The notes beneath the pieces were generated by a model, which was not told the DNA's origin, did no database searches, and saw only the letters and a list, made by a program, of their open reading frames with translations. Shown in pieces: positions 25,207-38,500 of a DNA stretch of 64,000 bases. Each line of letters opens with the position of its first letter. Position 1 is the first letter of the stretch. Origin of the DNA: Squalus acanthias (taxonomy: Eukaryota); contig CM059453.1 of NCBI GenBank assembly GCA_030390025.1, forward strand, positions 3,658,001 through 3,722,000, read 5' to 3'. Both the position numbers and the translations under genes were made by a program.

Positions 25207-25521
25207 CTTGCCCTTCCAAATACACTTCAAATTCAAAGGCTTTCTCTCCAATTGCATTTCTCGCAAGGCAGGAGTATTTCCCTCCATCCGCCATTTCAAA
25301 ACTCTTGATGGCTAATTGAGAGAAGGTGCGGTTTGAAGTGATGGTGAACTTGGTGTCGGACGCCGTGATCGATGAGTTCCCTTTCGACCAGGCGAAGGTC
25401 GCCGGTAATAGTTCGGTAGCTGAGACTCGCACCCGCTTGGTTAACGACACGTCTAAGGCAATGTCGGCATTCAGAGCCACGTTCAAATGCGGCCCGGAGG
25501 GTGAAGAGAGCTGGGGTTCAT
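25207..25521 (-). CDS. Ig exon 8 of the ectodomain gene, last ectodomain exon found (DEPQLSS...LPATFAW...DGGKYSCLARNAIGEKAFEFEVYLEGQ)
   Basis: Acceptor ccttgtgatttacttag|, donor CAAG|gtgaga; 315 nt, phase 1-1; I-set-like F strand, B-strand Cys absent. Confidence 0.88.
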
Positions 25522-26093
25522 CTAAGTAAATCACAAGGGTATAAGCAGATTGAAATGTCATTGGTCTCCTGAGCAAAATGCGAAAGGATAGTTACAGGTC
25601 ATCACACGCAGGAACATCAGCAAAGAAAGACAGGTAATTAATACTGAAGTAATTAGGGGAGAGGGGTGATGATTTGAGCTTGTTGGAGCAGTTGGCCATT
25701 GCCTGAAAGCCCTTAGGTATATGTTGGTACCTGGTTCTGATTGGCGTATCTGGTTTAGCTTGGCAACAGCATGGCCATTCAGGTTGTCTAGTGCCTGATA
25801 ATCCTGTTATAACTATTTACAGGCGAATTATACTCGCAGCACATGTGGAGATTGGATCCCCACACGTTTCTTTTCTGACGAACTAGATTTCATTCTAAAC
25901 ATACCACAGGCTCCATCCGACAACCCAACAAAGAAAAAGTATTTATGAGAATGAGTTGATTTAACTAGCATATGTAACAGCATTGTACACACACGTGTGA
26001 ATATATACACATATATATATAGGTGTGTGCGCGCGCGCCATCATAATGCACAAATTCATATAATAACAAAAAACAGAATTTTGTTTTACTCAC

Positions 26094-26333
26094 CCAAAGC
26101 CAATCTACAAGTCCCTGCGGAGATTACGTGCTGTCCGGTGCACAGTAGTTCCATTGGTGTGTTGAGATATTTCTTTCCAATGGTGTAACGTTGTTCGTTT
26201 GATCCAGTTAGAGTGACCGAGTCAACCGTGAGCGCAATGGTAGTGTTCGGTACCCCACCCGCCCAGGAGCAGCACAAGTCCAATTGGTCTCCTCTGTCTG
26301 TGGCATCACACGTGATCTGTTCTGAAGGTTGCT
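26094..26333 (-). CDS. Ig exon 7, VSIG10/VSIG10L-type Cys-rich domain (QPSEQITC...LDLCCSWAGGVP...LLCTGQHVISAGTCRLAL)
   Basis: Acceptor ttttttgtcctgcgcacag|, donor TTGG|gtgagt; 240 nt, phase 1-1; C..LxCxWxGGxP..CxxxH..C pattern of VSIG10-family domains. Confidence 0.88.
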
Positions 26334-26577
26334 CTGTGCGCAGGACAAAAAATAATCTTCGTTCATTGATCATGCTTTTTGCTTCCTTTAATTTAAAGAA
26401 ATGTGACTTTTGATGGGACCGAATACAGGTTTCCACAGTTGCGTGCAGTCGTTTGTCTCAATGCCTCAGACTCTGCGCTGAAGATGAACTCGGAGCACAT
26501 CAAGCTGAAATGAAAAGGGTAAGAGGAGATCTGGAGGAGGAGTTCACAATAATGAATCGTTCTGATAATTTAACTGT

Positions 26578-27392
26578 TGCAAGAATCTCTTTGTGAGATC
26601 TTTGATGCCAAATGGCTCGACATTGACCCATATTGGTGGCAATGGTTAATAGTTTACTGAGCACAAGCAAGAATCAATGTAATTACTGTATCGTAAGCAG
26701 AATTTACAAGGTAAAATTACGAGTTAAAGTACCCCGTTTATTCCTTGGGTAAAAGTCACGGTAAGAATTGTCTGCAACCATCTGGCCGTGCCTCGGGCCC
26801 GTATTCGCCTCTGAGTGTCTCCGAGATTTACTTGAATCCTCCTCAGTCTTCTTCTACACTTAAACCCTACTGGTGTCCCTTTCTTATACCATTTCTTTCA
26901 ATTCAAATCTATGGAGCTTGACCCGAATCTGTCACTCAACTTCTCATCCTCCCCTGATAGGCCCTCTCACTGCTCCTCTGATCTCACACCGTCCCTCACC
27001 TTCTGTTACTTTCCACTGAAGAATACCTATTTCCAGAGATGTTATTTGTGGCTCACGCTCCCCTTCTTATCTATTCAGTGAAACTCCCTCATCAGTCTGG
27101 TTCCTATGGTTGCATAGATTCCCTCCCCAGCTACGGCTTGTTTTACTCAACTTATTAAACTCCTCTCTGTTCAAGGTATGTGACTTCATGCCTTTTCACT
27201 GTGTTTTGTTCAGCTACAGTCTACTCTGATAAAAATGTCAAGCTCATCATTCTTTTTCCCATCACTCTTTTCGCTAAGCTGGTTACTTTGCCATGTAAGC
27301 TAATTCTAATGGCATCTATATATATATATATGTGTGTGTGTGTGTGCGTGTGTGTGTAAGTGTTAATAAACAAGTTAGTAACTGCATGTATA

Positions 27393-27429
<37 letters not shown>

Positions 27430-27486
27430 ATAAAGCAAATAAATGTTAATAGACAAATTATTAAGTAAATTGACTATAATCTTACA
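26578..27486 (-). mobile_element. Solo LTR, same family as 57367-58298, with an internal (TA)n/(TG)n microsatellite
   Basis: Reverse complement matches the 57367 copy from tgtaagattatagtcaattt to cacaaagagattcttgca; no clean TSD. Confidence 0.85.
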
Positions 27487-27529
27487 CAAGGGGGGAAACT
27501 ATTTCCTCCGGCTGGCCTCCGACATTCTA

Positions 27530-28095
27530 CCCTACGTTAACTTGAGGTCATCTGTAACTCTGCCGCCCGTGTTCGAACTCGCACCAAGTCCCGTTCACCC
27601 ATCACACCTCTGCTCGCTGACCTTCAATGGCTGCCGGTTAAGCAACGCCTCGATTTTAAAATTCAGATCCTTCTTTTCAAATTCCTCCATGGTTTAGCCT
27701 CTCCCCATCTATGTCATCTCCTCCAACCCCACAACCGCCCCCCCCCCCCCCCCCCCACCCCACCCCGAGATATCTGCGCGCCTCTAATTCTGGCCTGTTT
27801 GAGCATTCCTGATTATAATCGCTCAACCATTGACGGTCGTGCCTTCAGCTGCCTGGGGCCGAAACTCCGGAGTTCCCGCCCTACACCTCTCCGCCTCGCT
27901 ACCGTTCTTTCCTCCCTTAAGACGCACCTTAAAACCTACCTCTTTGACCAAGCTTTTGGTCACCTGCCATAATATCTCCTTATGTGGCTCGGTGTCAAAT
28001 TTTGTTATATAACGCTCCTGTGAAGCGCCTTGGGGTATTTTACTATGTTAAAGGTGCTAAATAAATATAAATACAAGTTGTTATTGGTGTTGTTG
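27530..28095 (+). mobile_element. L2-type LINE 3' fragment
   Basis: Decayed LxWLP / FKI / AFSCLG-type RT tail ending cgctcctgtgaagcgccttggg...(gttgtt)n; related copies at ~49150-49535 (+) and ~61178-61575 (-). Confidence 0.7.
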
Positions 28096-28711
28096 TGATG
28101 AAGAAGTCGTCCATCAGAGGCCGTTAGCTTAAAGGTGTTTCCAAATTGGGAAGTTGGATTATTTTTGTGTTACATGGAGCGTTGTTGTGCCATGCAATGC
28201 CAGAAACAGTAGTGGAAGCAAATCCACAGTAACTGTTAAAAAGAGAGAGACTGAATATATGATAAAGAAAAAAAGTATCACTGGGAACGAGGAGGGCTTT
28301 GGGACAGAGAACAAGCAAAGCGCCCTGGTGCGAGTGGGCCCCCTTTTGTGCTGAAAACTCACTGATTCCATGAAAATACACAGGCAATCCAGCTCACTAA
28401 CCTAACATTAAAACATAAGCTGGGAGCATTCTGGATATAGGAGAGACCACAAGCTACACATGACTTCATAAAGGGGAAAGTGAAGCAAAGAAAGGCAAAA
28501 GAGGCGGGTCAGACAAGCGTCTTGTCGTAATTGAAGATGTAAGAACTATTATGCTGAGTCTTAAATACCGGAAACCCTTAAGGTTTATTACTTTGGGTGA
28601 GGAACTGGTGAGTTAAGTTCAATGTTCTCCTTTGCCTCCGAAGGACAGATTATTATACATCAAAACCATTCAAAGTTAGTGCACTCGATCCTCCAGATCA
28701 CAGCCTACTGA

Positions 28712-28787
28712 TAGAGGGAGAGTGACAGAGAGACACAGAGAGGGAGAGAGAGGGAGATAGAGAGAAGCAGAGAGCGAGAGAGAGAGT
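28712..28787. repeat. (GA)n-rich microsatellite
   Basis: Imperfect GA dinucleotide run. Confidence 0.8.
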
Positions 28788-28862
28788 GTGTTAGATACAC
28801 AAAACCTCCCAACGTAACATGCAACTACGAGGAAGAAGCATTGTCCTTGTCAACTAACTTAC

Positions 28863-29147
28863 TGTATACAAGGATTGAAACGTCTGAATCGTTGCTTTTC
28901 TTGGTATAACTGTTCTCTGCAAAGCAGGTATAATTCCCAGTGTTGTTGAACTCCGCGCTTTGTATCACATGGGTGGGTTTATTGCCCGTTGTGTCTCCAT
29001 TGTGCAGCCAGGTGTAGTTACAGTCTGGGACAGACTGAGTCTGACAGAGCAGAGTCACTGCAGCCCCTTCCTTCACACAATACTGTCCCGGGTATTTGCT
29101 ACCGCACCGCTCGGCAGTGGTACTTGTCTGGGCAGAGTCGGGTCCAT
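28863..29147 (-). CDS. Ig exon 6, CEACAM B-like IgC (YGPDSAQTSTTAERCGSKYPGQYCVKEGAAVTLLCQTQSVPDCNYTW...NTGNYTCFAENSYTKK...ILVY)
   Basis: Acceptor ctatttccaatttag|AT GGA CCC, donor TACA|gtaagt; 285 nt; forms the YYGPD junction with the preceding exon. Confidence 0.92.
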
Positions 29148-29965
29148 CTAAATTGGAAATAGCGATGGGATTAGTGCAGATAGATAGATAACAGGCAGAT
29201 GAAAATCGGTGAGGAACGTAAATAGGTAGAAATTTGTCCTGGGCCGTAGTGGAAAGCGGGCGATGGCAAATCGGTGGCCCGTGTTATACTCTGGTGGATT
29301 GAATGGAAAAGAAATTTGGGCGGAGTGTAAGGCACATGGGCCGCCCCTTACACTACAATTCCCCTCAATGGAACTGAAGATCAGGCGTGGCGCACCCACC
29401 CAAAGCCAATTTCTAAAATTACCCAGATTAACATTGCTAACATTTCTTCAACCCATAATAGAACCGACACAACAAAACATTCAAACAGCTCTTCATTCAC
29501 ATTCGCTTAAGATAAATTTAAGCACTGCTGGTCGAGCAACAGGACAGCGGAGAACTTTTTTCACCCAGAGGGTGGTGGGGGATCTGGAACTCACTGACTG
29601 AAAGGGTGGTAGAGGCAGAAACCCTCATCACATTTAAAACGTACTTGCATATGCACTTGAAGTGCCCTAGCCTACAGGGATACGGACCAAGAGCTGGAAA
29701 GTGGGATTAGGCTCGATAGCTCTTTTTCGGCCGGCACAGACACGATGGGCCGAATGGCCTCCTTCTGTGCCGTAAATGTCTATGATTCTGTGATCAAAAG
29801 AAGTATTCAGTTGCCACCAACTTGTGTTCTTCCTATCTTCCAGTCGGAAGGTAATCTAAATAAATGGTGCAGTTTCTACAGTATGTGAATTAAATGTTTT
29901 GTTTTATTTCCGATTTTTTAATATAGTTTCATCGACTTTTAATGGCATTATTTGAATTTACTCAC

Positions 29966-30250
29966 AGTAAATCGTTAAATTGACTGCCGTGCTGCGATCA
30001 CTGCTCACGGCATTCGTGGCTATGCAGATTAACCCCTCACTGTCGGATCTGAGCACGGGTTTGATTGTCAGGCCGCTGTGATCTGCAGAATGTGTATATC
30101 GTGGGTTTTCTGGTAAAGGTTTTTCAGCAGCGCTCCAGGAGTAGGTTGGGGAGGTTCCCCCGGCTGCACACTTCAGGGTCACAGTATCTTTTTCCTCCAC
30201 AGATCCAACTGACGTTGGACTTATACTGACACTCACATTGGATATCCGAG
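29966..30250 (-). CDS. Ig exon 5, CEACAM A-like IgC (ARISNVSVSISP...VTLKC...SW...ICIATNAVS...LTIY)
   Basis: Acceptor attcattttttttttacag|, donor TACT|gtgagt; 285 nt, phase 1-1. Confidence 0.92.
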
Positions 30251-30299
30251 CTGTAAAAAAAAATGAATACAGGAAAATGTCATGGGGAGCTTTGACATT

Positions 30300-31710
30300 T
30301 ACATCACATTGAGCTTTGCTTTTGATGTAACTACAATAGACGGATAGGGAACGAAAAAGGAGAGGGGGTTATCAGTACTGATCGAAGATACAGTTACAGC
30401 ACTGGAAAGGGGTGATGACGGCTCTGGGGCAGAATCTATTTGGGTAGCGTTAGAAGCAAAAGAGGAGCTGTTGTGCTGCTGGGTGTGTACTTTCGACCTC
30501 AAAGAGTGGGAAGGAGATGGAGGAGCAAAACTGCAAGCAAATTTCGGAAAGATGTGAGAACAATTGAGTCGTGGTAATGGGGAACTTCAATTATCCTGAC
30601 ACATACTGCAGTACAAAGACAGTGCAAAGGGCAAGGGTGTGCGTGTGTGGGAGTGTGTGGCAGGGTGGACAATGCTGAAATGTGTACAGGAGAACTTTCT
30701 TAATCAGTGTGTTTCCCACCCAACGAGGAAGGAAGCGGTACTGTATCTAGTCCTAGGAAATGAAGTGCAGCAGTTGGAGGCCTACAAGGAGGAGATAGTT
30801 CGGGTGCAGACTAAACAAATTCCTACGAGGGTGGAAGCAACGGCGTCCAAAGGTCGGGCTCCCTGTGTGACGAAAGAAACTGAGATTAAAATTACAGGAA
30901 AAAGAGGTTATGATAAACTTCAGGTCCATATTGCAGAAAAGAATCAAGCCGAATGCAAAAAGTGCAGAGGAGAACTGAGAAAGGAACTAAGAGGGGCTGA
31001 GTTTACATTTTTCTCATTAGCAAACGTAGCATAAAGAGAACGTTAAAGTCTTTCATAAACATGTAAAGAGTAATAAAGCCTTTCCACCATCTACAAGGCA
31101 CAAGTCAGGAGTGTGATGGAATACTCTCCACTTGCCTGGATGAGTGCAGCTCCAACAACACTCAAGAAGCTCGACACCATCCAGGACAAAGCAACCAGTT
31201 TGATTGGCACCCCATCCACCATCTTAAACATTCACTCCCGCCACCACCGGCGTACCGTGGCTGCAGTGTGTACCATCTACAAGATGCACTGCAGCAACTC
31301 GCCAAGTCTTCTTCGGCAGCACCTGCCAAACCCACGACCTCTTCCACCTAGAAGGACAAGGGCAGCAGGCGCATGGGAACACCACCACCTCCAAGTTCCC
31401 CTCCAAGCCACACACCATCCTGATTTAGAAGTATATGGCCGATCCTTCATCGTCGCCGGGTCAAAATCCTGGAACTCCCTACCTAACAGCACTGTGGGCG
31501 CACCTTCACCACATGGACTGCAGCGGTTCAAGAAGGCGGCTCACCTCCACCTTCTCAAGGGCAACTAGGGATGGGCAATAAATACTGGCCTTACCAGCGA
31601 CGCCCAGATTGCATAAGCGAATAAGACAAAAGTAAAAGGTTAGTCAAAGAAAGGTTGGGCCGATTAGAGACCAAAATGGGAATGTTCGTGTGCAGGCAGA
31701 GGACACTACA
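30300..31710 (+). mobile_element. Old CR1 endonuclease fragment interrupted by a second-family LINE 3' fragment (~31075-31628)
   Basis: Decayed GxFNYP and LVLGNE peptides; insert encodes MMEYSPLAWMSAAPTTLKKLD and ends in the gggatgggcaataaat tail. Confidence 0.75.
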
Positions 31711-32711
31711 TGATTAGTGTTCCTGGCTGCCTGTCTTTTCTGATCGTTAAGTATCTTGGAATACTTAGTTACCAACTTTGATCACCTTGCAACCACGTCA
31801 CTGTAATGGCTATTAGATCAAAGCCATTTATCTCTATTTGTTTCTTTAACTCGGCTATCTCGTTATGACTGCTTCGTGCATTCAGATAAAGAGCCTTCAA
31901 TTTTGACTTTTTACCATTATTTCTTGCTTTCGCCTTATTCACTGATTCACTTTTACCGTTAAACTCTCTGGGTGAGAAATTCATGTACTTACCCCCACTC
32001 CGTAGCGCCATGAAATGACAATAAAATGGTGGCCGCCACGCTTTCGCCAGCTGAAGGCAGTTCCAGCGGCAGCCACCATATACCTCTTCCCCTTTACGCT
32101 GCCAGCGCCCTGCAATGAAATAGTGGCTTGGTGACATCAATCAGCGTGCAACGCCGACTTAACGTCACCAACTCGAACTTTGGCCCAAGCTCTGAATTCA
32201 GCGCTTGGGGCCGAAGCACACCAGGTGACCTAATGTGCAAGCAGACTGACAGTGGCTGACAGTGGTGATTTCTGCAGCTCTTAATGGTACACACACTTCA
32301 TTGAGGTTAGTTTGAATTTAAGGTTTTGCACTGTTTTTTTCTTTTATTGAAGTGTTGGCTTGCTGCAATAGATGTGAATTTTTTTTAAGTCTGTCGGCAG
32401 TGCTGCTGGGCACTTGCAATGGCTCGGATGGTAAATGAAGGCCTTGAGAAGACAAAACATGCTGCGAATACTCAGCAGGTCGCACAACATCTGTGGAGAA
32501 AGAAACAGAATTCACGTCTCAGGTCAACATGCTGCCTGACCAAATGAGTATTTGCAGCATTTTATACTCTAATTGCAAATTTACAGCATCCGCTTGCAGA
32601 GGGAAGAGGATGACGTGGAAGAGGAGGAAGCTGAAGAGGAGGAATCAGGCAGAAGGATGCATCCCAGACAGCCCCTTTGTGGCCGGGATATCCGGGTTGG
32701 AATTATAGTGT

Positions 32712-35700
32712 CATAAAGTCATAGAGTTATACAGCACAGAAAGAGGCCCTTCAGCCCATTGTGTCTGCGCCCGCCATCAAGCCCTGTCTATTCTAATCCC
32801 ATTTTTCAGCACTTGGTCCGTAGCCTTGAATGCTATGGCGTTTCAAGTGCTCATCTAAATGCTTCTTGAATTTTGTGAATGTTCCTGCGTCTACCACCCT
32901 TTCAGGCAGTGAGTTCCAGATTCCAACCACCCTCTGGGTGAAAAAGTTTGTCCTCAAATCCCCTCTAAACCTCCTGCCCCTTACCTTGAAACTATGCCCC
33001 CTGGTTATTGACCCCTCCACAAAGGGGAAAAGTTCCTTCTTATCGACCCTATCTATGCCCCTCATAATTTTGTACACCTTAATCAGTTCCCCCTCAGCCT
33101 TCTCTGCTCTAAGGAAAACAACCCCAGCCTGTCCAGTCTCTCTTCATATCTGAAGCGCTCCAGCCCAGATAACATCCTGGTGAATCTTCTCTGCAACCTC
33201 TCCAATGCCGTCACATCCTTCCTATAGTGTGGCGACCAGAACTGCACACAGTATTCCAGCTGCGGCCTAACTAGCGTTTTGTGCAGCTCCATCATAACCT
33301 GCCTGCTCTTATATTCTATGCCTCGGCTAATGAAGGCAAGTATCCCATATGCCGTTTTAACCACCTTATCTAGCTGTCCTGCTGCCTTCAGGGATCTGTG
33401 TACAAGCACAACAGGGTCCCCCTGATCCTCTGTCCTTCCTAGGGTCCTACCATTCATTGTGTATTCCCTTGCCTTGTTAGTCCTCCCAAAATTCATCACC
33501 TAACATTTTTCAGGGTTAAGTTCCATTTGCCACTGTTCTGCCCATCTAACCATCCCGTCTATATCGTCCTGTAGTCTGAGGCTTTCCTCCTCACTATTTA
33601 CCACTCTACCAATTTTCGTGTCATCTGTGAATTTACTGATCATACCTCCTACATTCATATCTAAATCATTAATGTACACTACAAACAGCAAAGGAACCAG
33701 CACCGATCCCTGCGGAACACCACTGGACACAGGCTTCCAGTCACAAAAACAACCTTCGGCCATCAGTCTCTGCCTCCTGCTACTAAGCCAATTTTGGATC
33801 CAATGTGCAAACTTGCCCTGGATCCCATGGGCTCTTACCTTCTTGACCAGTCTCCCATGCGGGACTTTGTCAAAAGCCTTACTGACGTCCATGTAGACTA
33901 CATCAACTGCACTACCCTCATCCACACACCTAGTCACCCCCTCGAAAAATTCAATAAAATTGGTCAGACATGATCTCCCCCTGACAAAGCCACGCTGACT
34001 ATCCGTGATTAATTCATGCCTCTCCAAGTGGAGTCTAATTCTGTCCCTAAGAATTGTTTCCAATAATTTCCCTATCACTGATGTTAGTCTCACTGGCCTG
34101 TAATTCCCTGGTTTATCCCTACTGCCTTTCTTGAATACTGGTACTACGTTAGCTGTCCTCCAGTCCTCTGGCACCTCCCCTGTGGCCAGAGAGATTCTGA
34201 AAATTTGTGTCAGAGCCCCTGCAATCTCCTCCCTTGCCTCACACAGCAGCCTGGGATACATCTCATCAGGGTCTGGGGATTTATCCTGTTTTAAGCCCGC
34301 TAAAACCGCTAGTACCTCCTCCCTCTCAATACTGATTTGTTCAAGTATATCACAATCCCCCTGCCTGATTTCTGTGCCTACATCGTCCTTCACCATAGTG
34401 AACACAGATGCAAAATATTCATTTAATACCTCACCTACATCTTTCGGCTCTGCACACAGATTGCCACTTTGGTCCCTAATGAGACCTACTCTTTCCTTGG
34501 TTATCCTCTTGTCCTTAATATACTTATAAAACACCTTGGGACTTTCCTTTTTTTACCCACCACTGTTTTTTCATGCCCCCTCTTCGCGCCCCCAATTTCT
34601 TTTTTAAGTTCCCCCTGCACTTCCTGTACTCCTCTAGGACTTTCACTGTTTTTAGTCCTTTGTATCTGCCAAAAGCCTCCCTTTTTTTATTAAGCCATTC
34701 TTGTATATCCCTTGACATCCAGGGTTCCCTGGGTTTGTTGGTCCCAACCCTTGACCTTTACGGGAACATGTTGGCGTTCTACTCTCTCTATTTCCTTTCT
34801 GAAAGACTCCCACTGCTCTGATGTGGATTTTCCTACAAGTAGCTGATCCCAGTTCACTTTGGCCAGACCCTGCCTTATCATATTAAAATCGGCCTTCCCC
34901 CAATTTAGAGCCTTTATTTCCGGTCCATCTTTGTCCCTTTCCATGACTACCTTAAATCGCACCGAATTATGATCACTGTCACCAAAATGCTCTCCTACTG
35001 ACACTTCTACCACTTGCCCGGCTACATTACCAAGAATTAGGTCCAGTACCGCCCCCTCCCTTGTAGGACTTTCTACATGCTGGCTCAAAAAGCTCTGCTG
35101 GATGCACTTTAAGAATTCTGCACCCTCTAAGCCTTTCAGACTCTGACTATCCCAGTTAATATTGGGGAAGTTGAAATCCCCAACTATTATTACCCTATTA
35201 TTTCTACAATTCTCTGAGATTTGCCTATATATATGTTCCTCTATCTTCCCCTGACACTTTGGGGGCCTATAGTACGCTCCCAGCAAAGTGCTTGCCCCCT
35301 TTTTGTTTTTAAGTTCTACCCATATGGCCTCATTAGAGGAACCTGCTAAGATATCATCCCTCCTTACAGCAGTAATTGACTCCTTGATTAATATTGCGAC
35401 ACCCCCTTCTCTTTTACACCCCCTCTGCATCGCCTGAATATTCTATACCATGGAATATTGAGCTGCCAGTCCTGCCCCTCCCTGAACCATGTCTCTGTGA
35501 TAGCAACAATATCATACTCCCATGTGTTCAGCAATACCTTCATCTGCCTTACTCGCAAGACTCCTTGCATTAAAATAAATGCCATCCAGCCTTGCCATAC
35601 TCCCTTGTGCCGTTACATATTTGCTCTGCCTTCCAGGCAGACTTGTTTTCTCCTCTATATTGGCTGTGCATCACCCCTACTATAGCTCCACTCCGTATCC

Positions 35701-37375
35701 CATCCCCCTGCCAAGTTAGTTTAACACCCCCTCCCCCCCACCCCGCAACAGTACTAGCAAACTTCCCCGCAAGGATGTTCTTGGTCCCATTCCGGTTCAG
35801 GTGCAACTCGTTCGACTTGTACAGGTCCCACCTTCCCCAGAAGCAGACCCAGTGATCCAGGAAACTAAAGCCCTCCCTCCTGCACCAACTTTTTTAGTCA
35901 CGCATTCATCTGCTCTATCCTCCTATTCCTATACTCACTAGCACGTGGCACCAGGAGTAATCCAGAGATTACAACCTTTGAGGTACTGCTTTTTAATCTG
36001 CTACCTAGCTCCCTAAATTCTTGTTGCAGGGACTCATCCCTCTTGCTACCCATGTCGTTAGTACCAATGTGAACCACGAGATCTGACTGTTCACCCTCCC
36101 CCTTCAGAATTCCCTGCAGCCGTTCAGTGACATCCTTGACCCTGGCACCAGGGAGGCAACATACCATCCTTGAGTCGCGTCTGCGGCCACAGAAACGTCT
36201 ATCTGTTCCCCTTACGATAGAATCCACTATCACTATTGCTCTCCCACTCTTTTTCCTCCCCTCCTGTGCAGCTGAGCCATTCGTCGTGCCACGCACTTGG
36301 CACTTGCTGCATTCCCCTGAGAAACCATCTCCCCCATCAGTATCCAAAATTGAAAATCTGTTGGAGAGGGAGATGGACCCAGGGGCCCCCTGCACTACCT
36401 TCCTAGTTCTTTTACTCTGTCTGGCGGTCACCCATTTCCTGTCTGCCTGTGCACTCTTTACCTGTGGTGTTACCACCTCGTTAAACGTGCTTTCCACGAA
36501 GATCTCAGCTTCGCGGATGCTCCACAGTGACTCCAGCCGCAGCTCCAGCTCCGAAACGCGGATTTTGAGTAACTGCAGCCGGAGACACTTCCTGTACCTG
36601 TGTTCGCCCTGGACACCTAAAGTGTCCCTGACTTCCCACATCACACAGGAGGAGCACTCCACGCAGCCGAGCTGCCCTGCCATGTCCTACACTTTATTTA
36701 CTCACTTTACTTCCTTTAAATTAAAGAATATTAAATACACTAGAGACTTTACTTCCCTTTAAACACTACTTACTCTAAACTAGAGACCTTACTATGACTT
36801 TAACGACTGGACTCTAGAAATACTCACCAGGTCCTACTTACCAATCAGCTCCTTCCCTGGTTGTGAAGTCACTTTAGCGGTTTTGCAGTTGTTGTTGTTT
36901 GACTGCTCTCGGACTCTTTCCTTCGTGTAAAGTAAGAACCAATTCCTACAGGGTGAAATGTTAGGAAAAACAAAGGCGAAGCAAGGGTGCTCCTCCATCC
37001 ACTCCTCACCTAACTCCCTGACTCATCCAACACGCAGCACTCTGTTTAAACCGCACTCAGGGCAAAATCGCCCTTCAAAGCCTGTTTTTATAGGCCCTGA
37101 AACAAAGAAGATTGCTGGATTCTGCTACAGGAGAACCAGTTTAATCTAGTTTCCCTAATTAACTGCCTTCAGCTGCTCTGAATTGTAGGCCTTGTATGTC
37201 CCTTTATGACCGTGCTTAAAGCTGCCCAAATTAGATTTTAAACAGTAAACAGTAACAGTAAATGTGAAACAAACAAAAGTTTGATTTTAGCAAAGTTAAG
37301 ACTCCCTGACTCACCCAACTCACAGCACTCTGTTTAAACCGCACTCAGTACAAAATCGCACTTCAAAGCCTGCGG
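32712..37375 (-). mobile_element. Full-length CR1 LINE: 5'UTR, ORF1 (Zn finger/leucine zipper plus SGNH-esterase-like), ORF2 EN-RT with frameshifts
   Basis: ORF1 36683-35898 (CSSCVMW...KCLRLQLL, IVDSIVR, VHIGTND); ORF2 fragments 35585-32793; 3' tail at ~32712-32790; ~70-bp direct repeat in the 5'UTR (37013-37084, 37301-37372). Confidence 0.95.
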
Positions 37376-37379
37376 TCCC

Positions 37380-38500
37380 ACTAGCTGGACAGGTTGCCTC
37401 TTCTTATTGACCCATTGGCTGGGAAGGCTGCATTTCTTGGGTGTGTGAAATGAGGAAGGCAAAATAGTGGAGTTGTGCTGACGGGAGGGCGGGAAAGCAA
37501 GAGGTGCATGCCAGAAGGAGGATAACTTATGAGGATATCGGGATCTTGTGCCTTTTCAGCCCCACCGCTGGCCAAGGGCTCAACCATGCCCCTGCCAAGA
37601 ATGGCCTGCTCCGTCTCCTCCAAGAGGGTGAGGTGAGGCCAGGAATGGGAGATGGCCTACTCCTACTCCTATCTTCTATGTTTCTATGTTTCTTTGTGTC
37701 TCGTGATTGTTGCATACTGTTATTAAGTGATTGATTGGGGGCGGGGGCGGTGCAGTTGTGCATAGAGCAGTGTGTGAGACTAATTGTACAGTTGGTAGGT
37801 GATGGCTTTTGAAGATGCATTCATTGACCTTAACCATTGTCTGAGGTGATGAAACTTCTCTGGGCACAAGAGCCAGGTGGTGGGGGCGACACTGCTGGCA
37901 GTGATGACCTCGGCGATGTGGTCGCACATCATTCTTTCTGGAGGGCCTCCTGGCTCCTGTGGGTAGAGGACCACTTTTGCAGTGTTGACACCCCTGCACA
38001 AAGCTGGAGTGCTGCATGTGAGAACCTCGGGACTCCTTCCTTGGCCTGCTGAGATATTTGTGTTAGTGCTGAGGCAATTTTGAGGTTAGGAAGCTGAATA
38101 TTCACATTTGGAACTTCTTTTAAATATTGAATATTTCTTAAAAGGCAAAAAAGGCTAAAAAATGTATTGATTCACTACATTTTTTGTGTGTTGGTTCAGA
38201 GTGCGTGGCCCCTTTTAATTCGCAGACCTCTTCATTACCCACAATCCACTGCGAGCTCCACAACTTCGCTCAGAAGCTGTGGGAAGCTGCAACTCCGCAC
38301 CTGGACAGGAACTTCGTCCTGGATCCCTCCAGCTACGTCACCAGGACAGCGTGGCATGACAGGTAAGCACTGCGCCACCTATCTCCATGCCCCCCAGGCA
38401 CATTTCTCGCGGTTAGCACTGTGGCCATTTCTGTCAACCGTTAACTGCAGTTGCCGGTGAACCTTGCTGGCGTCACCGGTTACTTTGCTGGGGAACACGA
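37380..38500 (-). mobile_element. Degenerate PIF/Harbinger transposon remnant (Myb/SANT-like ORF)
   Basis: Frameshifted peptide VPRFSHAALQL..VQG..VLYPQ..IAEVITASSVAPTTWLLCPEKFHHL resembles the Harbinger Myb/SANT protein pattern PRFS...W..IA..V.A.S...RTW.QC.KKF.DL. Confidence 0.55.

Noticed and set aside
25425-25445. KRVR as a furin cleavage site in the last Ig domain
   Set aside because: Does not match R-x-K/R-R; no conservation data available.
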